DNA from: an uncultured Phycisphaerales bacterium
GTDB lineage: Bacteria; Planctomycetota; Phycisphaerae; Tepidisphaerales; Tepidisphaeraceae
DNA length: 64,000 nucleotides
NCBI GenBank assembly: GCA_963755915.1
Contig: CAVWLP010000002.1
Span: 2,432,001-2,496,000 of the forward strand
Reading direction: 5' to 3'
The notes beneath the pieces were generated by a model. It did no database searches and was not told the origin of the DNA. It worked only from the letters and a program-made list of their open reading frames with translations. The position numbers were made by a program, and so were the translations under genes. This document shows positions 21,426 through 31,059 of this stretch, in pieces. Positions within the stretch are counted from its first letter, which is position 1. Each line of letters opens with the position of its first letter.

Positions 21426-22950
21426 CAATAGTGTCCGGAACGCGGGCTCACCAATGACACAATCTTGCCGCCTTGCGCGAAGCAGCGTTTTGTGGTTCAC
21501 TGCCGCCACGTGCACGCGGACCTTTGCCCAGCTTCTGGATTGCCCGCCAAGCCGGGACGAAAGCCGCGGCCGGCGGTGCGGGGGGAGGATTTGTTCGGCG
21601 GCAAGTACGTCGGTATTTTGCAGGATCATCTGGCCCGCCTGCGGGCGGCGCATCCCCACCCCAATCGCACGCTTTTTTATGACGATGTGACCCTTGCCTA
21701 TCTGCTGGCGTTTTTCACGCCGGCGATTCGCAGCCTGCGGACGATGGAGGATTTCAGCCAGACCGAGCAGATGCAGGAGCAGCTTTCGGTCGATCGCCTG
21801 CCGCGTTCCACGCTTTCCGATGCCAACGCCCTGTTCGATCCGACGCTGCTGGAGCCGATCATCGAGGAGTTGCGGGCGCGGCTGCCGCACCTGCGTCACG
21901 GCGATCCGAAGCTGGCGGAGTTGACCGAGCGGGTACGGGTGGTGGATGGGTCGCTGTTCACCGTTGCCGCCGACGTGGCCTGGGCGCTGCATCAAAGTCG
22001 ACCCAACGGAAAGCCCATGGACACGATTCGCCTGAATCTTCAATGGGCGGCGGGCGTGGGGGTTCCCGAGGGAGTGACGATCAGCGGCGCGGGATGCTCC
22101 GAGGCGCAGGCGCTGATGCAGTCCCTGGAGCCGGGACAGATTTACGTCATGGACCGCGGCTACGTCTGTTTCGAGCTGCTGGAGCGGATCGTACATGCCT
22201 GCAGCGATTTTGTGCTCCGGCTCAAGTCAAACAACTATTTCATTCCCATCGAAAACAATGACTTGACCCCCAAGTCCCTGCCGCTGAGCGATGAAGACCG
22301 CGCTGCCGGCATTCTCAGCGACCGGATCGGATACCTGGGCTCAGAAGGGCCACGCTTTGCTCCTCCGGCGGGAAAATGGCTTCGGGAAGTGACGATCTTC
22401 GACCCGGACAAACCCGACAGGCCCCTGCGGCTGCTGACCAATCTTCTTAACATTCCCGCCCATGTCATCGGTCTGCTCTACCGCTGGCGATGGAAGATCG
22501 AGCTGTTTTTCCGCTGGCTGAAAGTGCACGCCCACTTCCGCCATCTCACCAGCCACAGCAAAAACGGCGTCACCACCGGGTTCTACATCGCGGTCATCGG
22601 GGTGCTGTTGATCTATCTGCACACGCAGCGTCCGGTGAGCAAATATGCCTACGCGATGCTGAGCCTGGTCGCCGCGGGAGGGGCCACGTTGCAAGAGATT
22701 ATTCCCATCCTGCAGCGCCGAGAACGGGAATGCGAGCTGCAGCGTCAGCGTGTGGCACGGAAGAAGGCTGAAAAAATCGTCAAGTAAGTCACCGGGGGTT
22801 TTTGTTGTCCGGCCGCCGGTGAACGCCGCGGCATGCGCTGCAGGAGCAGCGCTGAACCTTCCACGCCGTTGCCCATCGAGGCAACGCAGCCTTTCGAGTG
22901 AAAACCCGAAAAATCCCAGCTCTAAGACGCGGAAGTCCCGGACAATATTG
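21426..22950 (+). mobile_element. IS4-family insertion sequence B, copy 1
   Basis: IRs CAATAGTGTCCGG / CAATATTGTCCGG; near-identical to 62126-63648. Confidence 0.92.
21465..22787 (+). CDS. IS4-family DDE transposase (start uncertain, possibly 21540)
   Basis: VVDGS, VMDRGY, LYRWRWKIELFFRWLK. Confidence 0.92.
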   Translation: MPPCAKQRFVVHCRHVHADLCPASGLPAKPGRKPRPAVRGEDLFGGKYVGILQDHLARLRAAHPHPNRTLFYDDVTLAYLLAFFTPAIRSLRTMEDFSQTEQMQEQLSVDRLPRSTLSDANALFDPTLLEPIIEELRARLPHLRHGDPKLAELTERVRVVDGSLFTVAADVAWALHQSRPNGKPMDTIRLNLQWAAGVGVPEGVTISGAGCSEAQALMQSLEPGQIYVMDRGYVCFELLERIVHACSDFVLRLKSNNYFIPIENNDLTPKSLPLSDEDRAAGILSDRIGYLGSEGPRFAPPAGKWLREVTIFDPDKPDRPLRLLTNLLNIPAHVIGLLYRWRWKIELFFRWLKVHAHFRHLTSHSKNGVTTGFYIAVIGVLLIYLHTQRPVSKYAYAMLSLVAAGGATLQEIIPILQRRERECELQRQRVARKKAEKIVK

Positions 22951-22960
22951 GCTTTTTGAG

Positions 22961-22992
22961 AAATAGATTAGTAAATGCTAGCTTAGCTCTCA
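22961..22992. other. Palindromic 11-6-11 site A (possible recombinase or protein-binding site)
   Basis: AAATAGATTAG-TAAATG-CTAGCTTAGCT-ctca; 16/17 identity of 22976-22992 with 25790-25806. Confidence 0.4.
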
Positions 22993-23108
22993 GATACTTA
23001 CGAGGTTCGACGGCGGCGGTTGCGCGAAAGAGGCGGGCTTGTTATAGGCGGATTAAACGCTGGGATGTTACACGGGGAAATACACGTTCGGGAAAATTCG
23101 CGCGTCGT

Positions 23109-24264
23109 TCAAAAATGACGCTTCCGACGTACCGACATGGCTGAACACGCAAGGAGCAGCGCAACTGCCGATGGCTCAGGGACCGGTGTCAGCACATAAG
23201 CCACGTCTTGACCACTTGGATCGATTCCCTCGCCCGTAATCTGGCCCAGATTATTGATCGCATTTGCGCTGGTTAATTTCCATCCAAGAGAATCGACAAT
23301 TGAGTTCAAATCAACCAAGCCCGTCGAGAGACTGTATGCAAACGCATCGCCGCCCGCACCCCCGACCATTTCGCCGGAATCATTTATCGCATTTGGTATA
23401 AAGCCTCCGAGATCCGTCATACCGACACCTGGGGTGTAAAGAAATCCTCGATCGATCTGGGTCGGAGAAGAGACATATTCGTAAAGACCTGCAACTTGGC
23501 CAGAATCACTAATGGAAACGGGAAAGCTTTGGCCATTTGTGAGAGTACTAAGACTGCCAAGATCCTGAACCATCCCCGTATTCAATGAATAAATCGCTGC
23601 ATGATTGTTTGAGTCCAAACCGATGATCTGTCCGCTATTGTTGATCCCGGTGGCATTGGTAATGGCAGGTTGATTGGGGGCATAATTCAGCGGCTGCATT
23701 CCCGAGCTAAGCGTGTATAGGAACGGTTGGCCAACGCCACCTGCGATTTGGCTTAAATTGCCGACAATCTGTCCGGCGTTATTGATACCTGATGCCATGC
23801 CGAATCGATACGTACCGCCATTCGGGCCCATATCAACCACTCCGGTGCTGCTGGAATAAAAGAAAGCCTGATATTGTCCGTAGGTTCCGGCCATATCGCC
23901 GGAATCATTTAGGCCCGCAATAGAAATTATCGTGGTAGTGTCGGCGACTGGCGTCAAGGCTGCATTCGGCGGCGCAATAAAGACATTGGAATCAAGCAGT
24001 CCCAAGTCATAAGATATCTGGACTGCTTGCGTTTGCTCTCCCGCCACTTCCCCCCTCATTGTTGATCGCAATTCCGTCCGCGCTGTCCAACCCTCCGTTT
24101 CCTAGGTCCGTGATAGTGTAAGCGGTCCCCGCTTCGGATCGCGAAACGAACGTTGTCATTGCCGCCGTCACCAAAACGAATTTGACCGATAACATTCGTT
24201 GGACAAAGTGGACAGCAGCTCCATGCCAGCGGGAAAAAACGCTACATGTTACGGGGTTCTCCAT
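23109..24264 (-). CDS. PEP-CTERM protein with HAF-type extracellular repeats (frameshift near 24052)
   Basis: GAGGAGG RBS; YTITDLG; repeated ASGINNAGQIVG; VPEPSAVALLLACSAMSVRRKR; visibly more AT-rich than its flanks. Confidence 0.85.
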
Positions 24265-24563
24265 ACGGCCCTCCTCTGACGATCGTCGTCAGCCACTTCG
24301 TGCATGATACCGCCGGTTCGAGTTCACCCAAAAGCTTTTCTCTGCTCGCAGCCATCTGAATCACGTCGGTTCGGCCCCGTGTCCGTGGCCGCGGCCTTCG
24401 AAACCGTTCCATCAACAGTATTCCTCAGCCGGCGTTCCGCCCCGCGAGATACCTGGCGTGCGGAAAACGGCACGGTTCCCCTCCAAATCGCAAACTGATG
24501 CCGCTCCCATGACCCGTCGAAGTTGCCAAATCCATCGCGGCCGGTAAACCTGTCGCTCGCCCA

Positions 24564-24998
24564 ATGCGCGAAATCACCACCGAAATCGAAATCAACGCAC
24601 CGCCCGCGCGTGTCTGGGAGATTCTTACGGACTTCGCGCGTTACCCGCAGTGGAATCCGTTCATCACAAATATCGAGGGACGTCCCATCGTCGGCGAAAG
24701 GCTCAAAGTGCTCATTCGCCCGCCGGGCGGCAAGGGAATGACCTTTCGCCCAATCGTGCTTGCGGTCCAGCCGCCCAGCGAATTGCGCTGGCTGGGAAGG
24801 CTCATCCTCCCGGGCATTTTCGACGGCGAGCACCGCTTCCAAATCGAGCCGCTCGATGCGGCCCGTTCCAGATTCCGGCAATCCGAGCAATTCAAAGGGA
24901 TTCTCGTGCCCATCCTCTGGCGCACCATGGCCACGTCCACCCGCCACGGATTTGAGGCGATGAACGCGGCAGTCAAAACCCAAGCGGAAAAGACATAG
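24564..24998 (+). CDS. SRPBCC-domain protein
   Basis: EIEINAPPARVWEILTDFARYPQWNPF...FDGEHRF. Confidence 0.85.
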   Translation: MREITTEIEINAPPARVWEILTDFARYPQWNPFITNIEGRPIVGERLKVLIRPPGGKGMTFRPIVLAVQPPSELRWLGRLILPGIFDGEHRFQIEPLDAARSRFRQSEQFKGILVPILWRTMATSTRHGFEAMNAAVKTQAEKT

Positions 24999-25143
24999 AA
25001 CCGCGGATGACACGGGATACAAAAGCGTCCCCTTCCTGCTCGCAACCCGCAACCCGCGACTCGCTACTCACAACTATCTCCCTCTTATCCGTGCCGGCTC
25101 GACTGAGCGCTCGCCGAAGTCCATCCGCGAAATCCGCGGTCTC
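24997..25143. repeat. Inverted-repeat element AACCGCGGAT...ATCCGCGGTT with nested repeats
   Basis: agaaccgcggatgacacgggat pairs with atccgtgcc[insert]atccgcgaaatccgcggttct; encloses a heptamer tract. Confidence 0.6.
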
Positions 25144-25177
25144 CCTTCTTCCCCCAATCTCTTCGCGGTAAATCGCT

Positions 25178-25630
25178 TTAATTAATCTTCACCGTAAACA
25201 GCACCAGATTCGCAATCGTGAGAACGAAGCAGGCGATGGTGAGCCGAATTCGCGCCGCCAGCGGCATTCGCCGGATGCGCCGCCATTGCCAGAGCCACAC
25301 CGCCAGCATCCCGCCTTCGACGATCAGGCCTATTCCGTTTACGACGAGGAAAGGTTTCCACCAGTTTCCCCAGTTCGGTTGCATCATCATGCGGACAAAG
25401 AAATAAATAATGAGCAGCCCATTGAGACCCGAACCCGCAGAGAGGGCGATAAGCCCCGCGATGAGCAGCCGCTGTTTCGTCTCCGCGAGGTTCACACGCA
25501 GCACAAGCTGCTCGCCGCATTCCGGGCAGCGGGCCGCGCGGAGATCGCGCAGGTTGTAATCGCACTGCGGACAGAGCACATCCCGCCCGGCCAGATAGGC
25601 GATGAGCTGCGGCTCGTCATTGTCTGCCAT
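25178..25630 (-). CDS. Zinc-ribbon membrane protein
   Basis: CPQCDYNLRDL...RCPECG followed by three TM segments. Confidence 0.75.
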   Translation of the reverse strand: MADNDEPQLIAYLAGRDVLCPQCDYNLRDLRAARCPECGEQLVLRVNLAETKQRLLIAGLIALSAGSGLNGLLIIYFFVRMMMQPNWGNWWKPFLVVNGIGLIVEGGMLAVWLWQWRRIRRMPLAARIRLTIACFVLTIANLVLFTVKIN

Positions 25631-25774
25631 TAAACGCCAATCTTAACGAATCCCCTCAATCCATACCCCAAACCGCAAGATCCCCAAAAACTGTGCGCGC
25701 ATTTTGCACGATGGCCAAAACCCCCTCGCAAAACCGCTCGCAACACTCAACCCGCAAAACAATTACGTCGCGGA

Positions 25775-25840
25775 GAGTAAGATAGTTTTTGCTAACTTAG
25801 CTCTCAAAAGTGTTCAGTTTTGTTCAATTGTGTTCAGTGC
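25775..25840. other. Palindromic 11-6-11 site B plus three 10-bp-phased TGTTCA repeats
   Basis: GAGTAAGATAG-TTTTTG-CTAACTTAGCT; TGTTCAGTTT TGTTCAATTG TGTTCAGTGC at 25811-25840. Confidence 0.45.
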
Positions 25841-26490
25841 TACTGCGTGCGCTGGCCGAGGGAGAGCGAGTTGAGGTCCATCGTCGCCTTCAGATAGGTC
25901 AGGTCATCCGCGGTGGCCGGGGCGATCAGGAGGGAGACGTTGGTCCACACGCCCGGCTCCAGAGTCTGCGGGAAGGGGTAGTCGGCGGAGCGGAGGGTTC
26001 TTTGCCATTGGGTGTAGTCGGTGCTGGGCTTCCACGCGGGGCCGTAGGCGAGGTGCAGCACCCCGCCGTGGAAGATCGCGGTCGTGGGGTTGCCGATCTT
26101 TATGGTGAGGCGGTAGCCCGTCTGGTACGGCTGGCTGTCGTCGCAGGCGATGAGCAGCGTGCCTTCATCCGTCCTTAGCGGGACGAAGCTTTTGTTAGTG
26201 GGGTCCAGGTTGACGCCGCGGTCGGAGAGGGTGGTGAGCTGGGAGTTGCACTGATCGATTTTGTCGGATTGGCTCCTGGAGTCCGACGCGAGGGCCGCGA
26301 GTTGGGATTTCTGGGAATCGACGGTTTGCTGAAGCGAGTGGATCTGGTCTCTGAGCGAATCAATTTCGCGCGGCATGGGATCCGGCTGCAGCAGTGCGAA
26401 CGCCGATTCCGGCCCGCGGGATAGGGCGATGTAGGTGGAGATAAAGATGGTGAGGAAAATGGCGGTCCAGCCAAGGACTTGTCGAGGCAT
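25840..26490 (-). CDS. Membrane-anchored coiled-coil protein, DUF3251-like C-terminus
   Basis: N-terminal TM, heptad segment, LDP...GYRLTIKIGNPT...LEPGVWTNV. Confidence 0.6.
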   Translation of the reverse strand: MPRQVLGWTAIFLTIFISTYIALSRGPESAFALLQPDPMPREIDSLRDQIHSLQQTVDSQKSQLAALASDSRSQSDKIDQCNSQLTTLSDRGVNLDPTNKSFVPLRTDEGTLLIACDDSQPYQTGYRLTIKIGNPTTAIFHGGVLHLAYGPAWKPSTDYTQWQRTLRSADYPFPQTLEPGVWTNVSLLIAPATADDLTYLKATMDLNSLSLGQRTQ

Positions 26491-26616
26491 GCGAAGGCTC
26501 CGTGGTCGCCGAATCGGTTGTTTGTGGGGGGGAGGATTAGAAAATTGCCGGCGGTTCCGATAATTCGGCGGCTGGAGGCCGCCGGGCGGTACGCCGCGGG
26601 TGGTACCCCGCGAAAC

Positions 26617-27726
26617 TCACCCCCGGAGGCCGTCCGCCAAATTGCCGATGCCGGGAGATGCGCTGACCTTGGGCGGCCGCCGGGAAAGCGACGTGGCCGG
26701 GAGCTCGATCAGGCGGTAGGTCGCCCATGCCGCGATGATGGTGAGGCCCAGGGATGCGGCCAAGGTGAGAAAAATGTGGGGCACGTCAGGACGGCCGAGG
26801 AGTCGCGTAAGGTATTCGAGGATCGGTTCGTGGATGAGGTAGAACGAGTAGCTGATCGAGCCGAGGAAGACCAGGGGACGAGGCGGGAGAAAACTGTTCT
26901 GCCGGATCCACCAGTCGAGCGTCGAAGCCGCGGCCAGCGACCAGGCCAGAGAGGCCCACTGATCCTCCCGTGCAGTCAGCAGAAGCGCGGCCGGGATGGC
27001 CAGGGAAAGCGTCATGCGCGGCGGGAGAAGCATCGGTTTGGCCGCGACGAAACGCTCGGCCAGAAGGGCGCCAAGCGTCCACTGCGCATATGACGCAAGG
27101 AGACAGCGGACGAGAAAGGGGGAATGCTGCCCGGTGATCGTAAGGGCCAGGCAATACGTTGCGCTCAGCGCAAATGCCAGCAGCGCAGCGCGGGGCATTC
27201 CCAGGAATCGACGAAGCAAAAGAAGGAGCGGATAGGCGAGATAGAATTGCCATTCGACGGCGAGGCTCCAGAAGGAGGAATTGATCTGCAGGAAATATTG
27301 CGGGGAAAAGTTGTGGAGCATGAGTGCGTGGCTGAGGATCGCGGCGGGGGCGTAGGGCGTGGGACGCGTGGGATGGCAGAGGGAGAAAATCCCCAGCCAG
27401 AGCAAGTACGCCGGGAAGATTCGGAAGAACCGGCGTTGAAGGAATTGAGGCGTTGAAAAGTTGCAAGCGGGGGCGCGGCAAAAGGCAAGGTGAATGCAGA
27501 AACCGGAGAGGACAAAGAAGATGGGCACGCCACAGTCACCGTAGCCCAGGGGCGAGAGGAATTTGGCGACGAGGACGAGGTGCGGATTGGCTGCGGTGGC
27601 GGTGAAGGAGAGCCAGTACCAGTGGAAGGCGAAGACAAGAGCGGCGGCGAAGCCGCGCAGGGCGTCGAGCTGGGGGAGATGGTCGGTGCGGCGAGGGGTC
27701 GTCGCGCATGGAAAACTTGTTCGCAT
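26617..27726 (-). CDS. Acyltransferase family 3 (OafA-like)
   Basis: LDALRGFAA, GVPIFFVLSGF, FWSLAVEWQFYL, LGSISYSFYLIH. Confidence 0.92.
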   Translation of the reverse strand: MRTSFPCATTPRRTDHLPQLDALRGFAAALVFAFHWYWLSFTATAANPHLVLVAKFLSPLGYGDCGVPIFFVLSGFCIHLAFCRAPACNFSTPQFLQRRFFRIFPAYLLWLGIFSLCHPTRPTPYAPAAILSHALMLHNFSPQYFLQINSSFWSLAVEWQFYLAYPLLLLLRRFLGMPRAALLAFALSATYCLALTITGQHSPFLVRCLLASYAQWTLGALLAERFVAAKPMLLPPRMTLSLAIPAALLLTAREDQWASLAWSLAAASTLDWWIRQNSFLPPRPLVFLGSISYSFYLIHEPILEYLTRLLGRPDVPHIFLTLAASLGLTIIAAWATYRLIELPATSLSRRPPKVSASPGIGNLADGLRG

Positions 27727-27846
27727 AGGCGAATGCTGCGGGGTGTTGCTGGAGTTCAGAATTCAATAGATTTCGAGAAAAGCAAAAAGTGAACTGTCGC
27801 AGGGTGAAGAGGTGGGGATTATCGGACGGCGTTTTCCGGCTGTTCG

Positions 27847-28650
27847 CTATTTCGACTGGCATTTCGGGCAGAAGTGGGTCGAGCGGCCACCGAGGACGAT
27901 ACGCCGGATCGGGGTTTTGCAGCGGGGGCAGGGTTTGTTGGCGCGGTCGTAGACGCGGTGGATTTTTTGGAAGTTGCCGGGGATTCCGTTGGCATCGCGA
28001 TAGTCGCGCAGGGTGCTGCCGCGGTGGTGGATGGCGCGGTTAAGGACTTTTTTGATCGAGCGCGTCAGGCGAGTGATTTGATCGCTCTTGAGGCGGTGGG
28101 CGGGGGTTTGGGGGTGGATGCGGGAATCGAAGAGTGCTTCGTCGGCGTAGATGTTGCCGACGCCGGCGAGGAGTTTCTGGTCAAGGAGGGCGGTTTTGAT
28201 GGCGCGCTTGGTTTTTTTCAGCAGCGGGGCGAATGTTTTGGGCGTCAGCGTGAGGGGTTCGGGGCCAAGGTTGGTGTCGGGGGATTCTTTGGGGGAGAGG
28301 AGGAAAAGTCCGCCGAAGCGGCGGGGGTCGGTGAAACGGAGTTGCTGGTCCGCGATGTCGAGGATGAGATGGGTGTGGGGGATGTGCGGGGAAGCGGGAC
28401 GCTCCAGTGTAAGGCGGCCGGTCATGCCGAGGTGGAAAAAAAAACGGGTTTGGTCGTCGAGGGTGAAGATGATCTTTTTGCCCCGGCGGTGGAGGGATGC
28501 GATGAAGCGGTTTTGAAGCAGTGCGGGGAGGTTGGGGGTGGGGGGATCGACGATGTCGGGGCGGAGGACCTGGACGGAGACGATCTGGCGGGAAATGATC
28601 GTAGGGGCGAGAGTACGGACGACGGTTTCGACTTCGGGGAGTTCGGGCAT
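27847..28650 (-). CDS. mutM: Formamidopyrimidine-DNA glycosylase
   Basis: MPELPEVE, HLGMTG, DPRRFG, GVGNIYADE, C-terminal CPRC...FCPKCQ zinc finger. Confidence 0.97.
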   Translation of the reverse strand: MPELPEVETVVRTLAPTIISRQIVSVQVLRPDIVDPPTPNLPALLQNRFIASLHRRGKKIIFTLDDQTRFFFHLGMTGRLTLERPASPHIPHTHLILDIADQQLRFTDPRRFGGLFLLSPKESPDTNLGPEPLTLTPKTFAPLLKKTKRAIKTALLDQKLLAGVGNIYADEALFDSRIHPQTPAHRLKSDQITRLTRSIKKVLNRAIHHRGSTLRDYRDANGIPGNFQKIHRVYDRANKPCPRCKTPIRRIVLGGRSTHFCPKCQSK

Positions 28651-28773
28651 TGGGGGATTGTAGGATGAGAAAGCGGCTGGGGAAGTTGCGGGTTGCGAGT
28701 TGGGAGTTGCGAGGGGAAGATGGGGTTACGCGCGAATAGAGTTGTTATTGATTGACAGAGAAAGGGTAGCTGC

Positions 28774-29852
28774 ATGGAAACGCAAGTTGGCAATTCGACG
28801 GGGCTGGCGGAAGAAGAGATGGCGGCGGTGCAGAAGCTTCAGAAGGGATCGGCGGACATGAAAGCGGAGCTGGCGAAGGTGATCGTGGGGCAGGAGGATG
28901 TGATTGAAGAGCTGCTGATTGCATTGTTTTGCCGGGGGCATGCGCTGCTGGTGGGGGTGCCGGGGTTGGCGAAGACGCTGCTGATCTCGACGTTATCGAA
29001 AACATTGGGGCTGAGTTTTAATCGGATTCAGTTTACGCCGGATTTGATGCCGTCGGATATTACGGGGACGGAGGTGATTGAGGAGGACAAGACGACGGGG
29101 GGGAGACAGTTGCGGTTTGTGAGGGGGCCGGTGTTTGCGAATGTGATATTGGCGGATGAGATCAACCGCACACCGCCGAAGACGCAGGCGGCGCTTCTGG
29201 AGGCGATGCAGGAGCATCAAGTCACGGCGGGAGGGAAGCAGCATCGGTTGCCGCAGCCGTTTTTTGTGCTGGCGACGCAGAATCCGATCGAGCAGGAGGG
29301 GACGTATCCGTTACCGGAGGCCCAACTTGATCGGTTTATGTTCAACATCAATGTGGGGTATCCGACGGAGGATGAGGAGTTTCAGATCGTGCGGGTGACG
29401 ACGGCGCCGCGGAATTTTGAGCTGAAGCATGTGCTCAGCGGGGAAGAGGTTTTGCAGCTTCAGGAGATCGTGAGGAAGGTGCCGGTGGCGGATCATGTAA
29501 TCCGGTACGCGCTGCAACTGAGCCGGCTGACGCGAAGGACGGAGGGGGGATGTCCGGCTTTTGTGAATGAGTTTGTGGAGTGGGGCGCCGGGCCGCGGGC
29601 GAGCCAATATTTGATTCTGGCGGGGAAGGCGCGGCGCTGCTTCAGGGGAGATATCACGTGAGCACGGAGGATATCCGGCAGGTGGCGCTGCCGGTGCTGC
29701 GGCACCGGATTGTGACGAATTTTAATGCGGAGGCGGAGGGTGTGAAGAGCGATACGATCGTCCGGCGATTGCTGGAGCATATTCCGAGGCAGCAGTATGA
29801 GGAGATGGATCGGACCGCGGCGCGGATGATGAAGGAATCGCCGGCGGCGTGA
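28774..29852 (+). CDS. moxR: MoxR-family AAA+ ATPase (frameshift near 29635)
   Basis: GVPGLAKT, RIQFTPDLMPSD, LADEINRTPPKTQAALLEAMQE, ATQNPIEQEGTYPLPEAQLDRF; LRHRI in the second frame. Confidence 0.93.
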
Positions 29853-29862
29853 GGAGAATTTT

Positions 29863-30129
29863 ATGACAGCGGATCAACTTCGGGAATTCAAGCATCGATC
29901 GCCCTTCAAGCCGTTTACGATTCATATGAACAATGGGTCGCAGTTTGCGGTGGATGATCCAGAATCGCTGGTTTTGCCGAGAGATTGGTCTACCGATGCG
30001 ATTGTGACAATGCCGAGGGGCAGATTCGCGTTCGTTTATTTAAGGAACGTTACGCATGTGTCGAGCGAGCGACCGTGGCCGAAGATGAGGCGGAGGCGCG
30101 GGCGCGGGAATGGGTCGCAGCCAGAGTAA
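29863..30129 (+). CDS. Small hypothetical protein inside the MoxR operon
   Basis: GAGGAG RBS; MTADQLREFKHRSPFKPFTIHMNNGSQFAV; intact ORF. Confidence 0.7.
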   Translation: MTADQLREFKHRSPFKPFTIHMNNGSQFAVDDPESLVLPRDWSTDAIVTMPRGRFAFVYLRNVTHVSSERPWPKMRRRRGRGNGSQPE

Positions 30130-30133
30130 CAAC

Positions 30134-31057
30134 ATGTCGGATGTGACGACCGATTATCGCAAGTATCTCGACCCGCGGACGCTGGCGCGGATTGGGTCGC
30201 TCGATTTGCGGGCAAGGCTTGTGGTCGAGGGGCTCATGGCGGGGATGCATCGGTCGCCGTATCACGGGATTTCTGTCGAGTTTGCGCAGCATCGGCAGTA
30301 TGTGCCGGGGGATGATATTCGGCATGTGGACTGGAAAGTTTTCGCCAAGACGGACAAGGTTTATCTGAAGCAGTATCTGGAGGAGACGAACCTTCATCTC
30401 ATCTGCGTCGTCGATGCCAGCGAGTCGATGGGGTATGGGTCGATTGGGAGCGGGGATGCTTCCTGGAGCAAATATGACCATGCGACGGCGATTGCGGCGT
30501 CGCTTTCTTACCTGGCGATTCAGCAGCAGGATTCGGTGGGCCTGGCGATTTTCGACAATGATTTGAGGAAGTATTTCAAGCCGAGCAATTTGCCGGCGCA
30601 GTGGAAGACGATTACGCATGAATTGCTGCTGGTGCCGCGATTGAAGAAGACTGGGACGGGACGGGTGTTGGATCAACTGGCGGAGAAATTGACGCACCGG
30701 AGTGTCGTCGTTTTGCTGAGCGATTTTTTTGATGATATTGATTCGGTGCAGCATGGGCTGCGGCATTTGCGGTATCGGAAGCATGAGGTGATCGCGTTTC
30801 AGATTCTGGATCCGATGGAGGTGGAGTTTCCGTTCGAGGATGTGACTCTATTTAAGGGGATGGAGGAGATGGGGGAATTGCTGACGGAGCCGCAGAGCCT
30901 GCGGCAGGGGTATCTGGCGGAGATGCGTTCTTTCACGGGTGAACTGAAGAAACTGTGCAGGGGGATGCATATCGATTTCACGCAGATGAACAGCGGGCAG
31001 CCGTTGGATGTGGCTTTGAGTAGTTTTCTTGCAATTCGCGCGGCGAGCATTCGGTGA
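30134..31057 (+). CDS. DUF58 / vWA-like protein
   Basis: GMHRSPYHGISVEFAQHRQYVPGDDIRHVDWK, DASESM, LLSDFF. Confidence 0.93.
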   Translation: MSDVTTDYRKYLDPRTLARIGSLDLRARLVVEGLMAGMHRSPYHGISVEFAQHRQYVPGDDIRHVDWKVFAKTDKVYLKQYLEETNLHLICVVDASESMGYGSIGSGDASWSKYDHATAIAASLSYLAIQQQDSVGLAIFDNDLRKYFKPSNLPAQWKTITHELLLVPRLKKTGTGRVLDQLAEKLTHRSVVVLLSDFFDDIDSVQHGLRHLRYRKHEVIAFQILDPMEVEFPFEDVTLFKGMEEMGELLTEPQSLRQGYLAEMRSFTGELKKLCRGMHIDFTQMNSGQPLDVALSSFLAIRAASIR

Positions 31058-31059
31058 GG

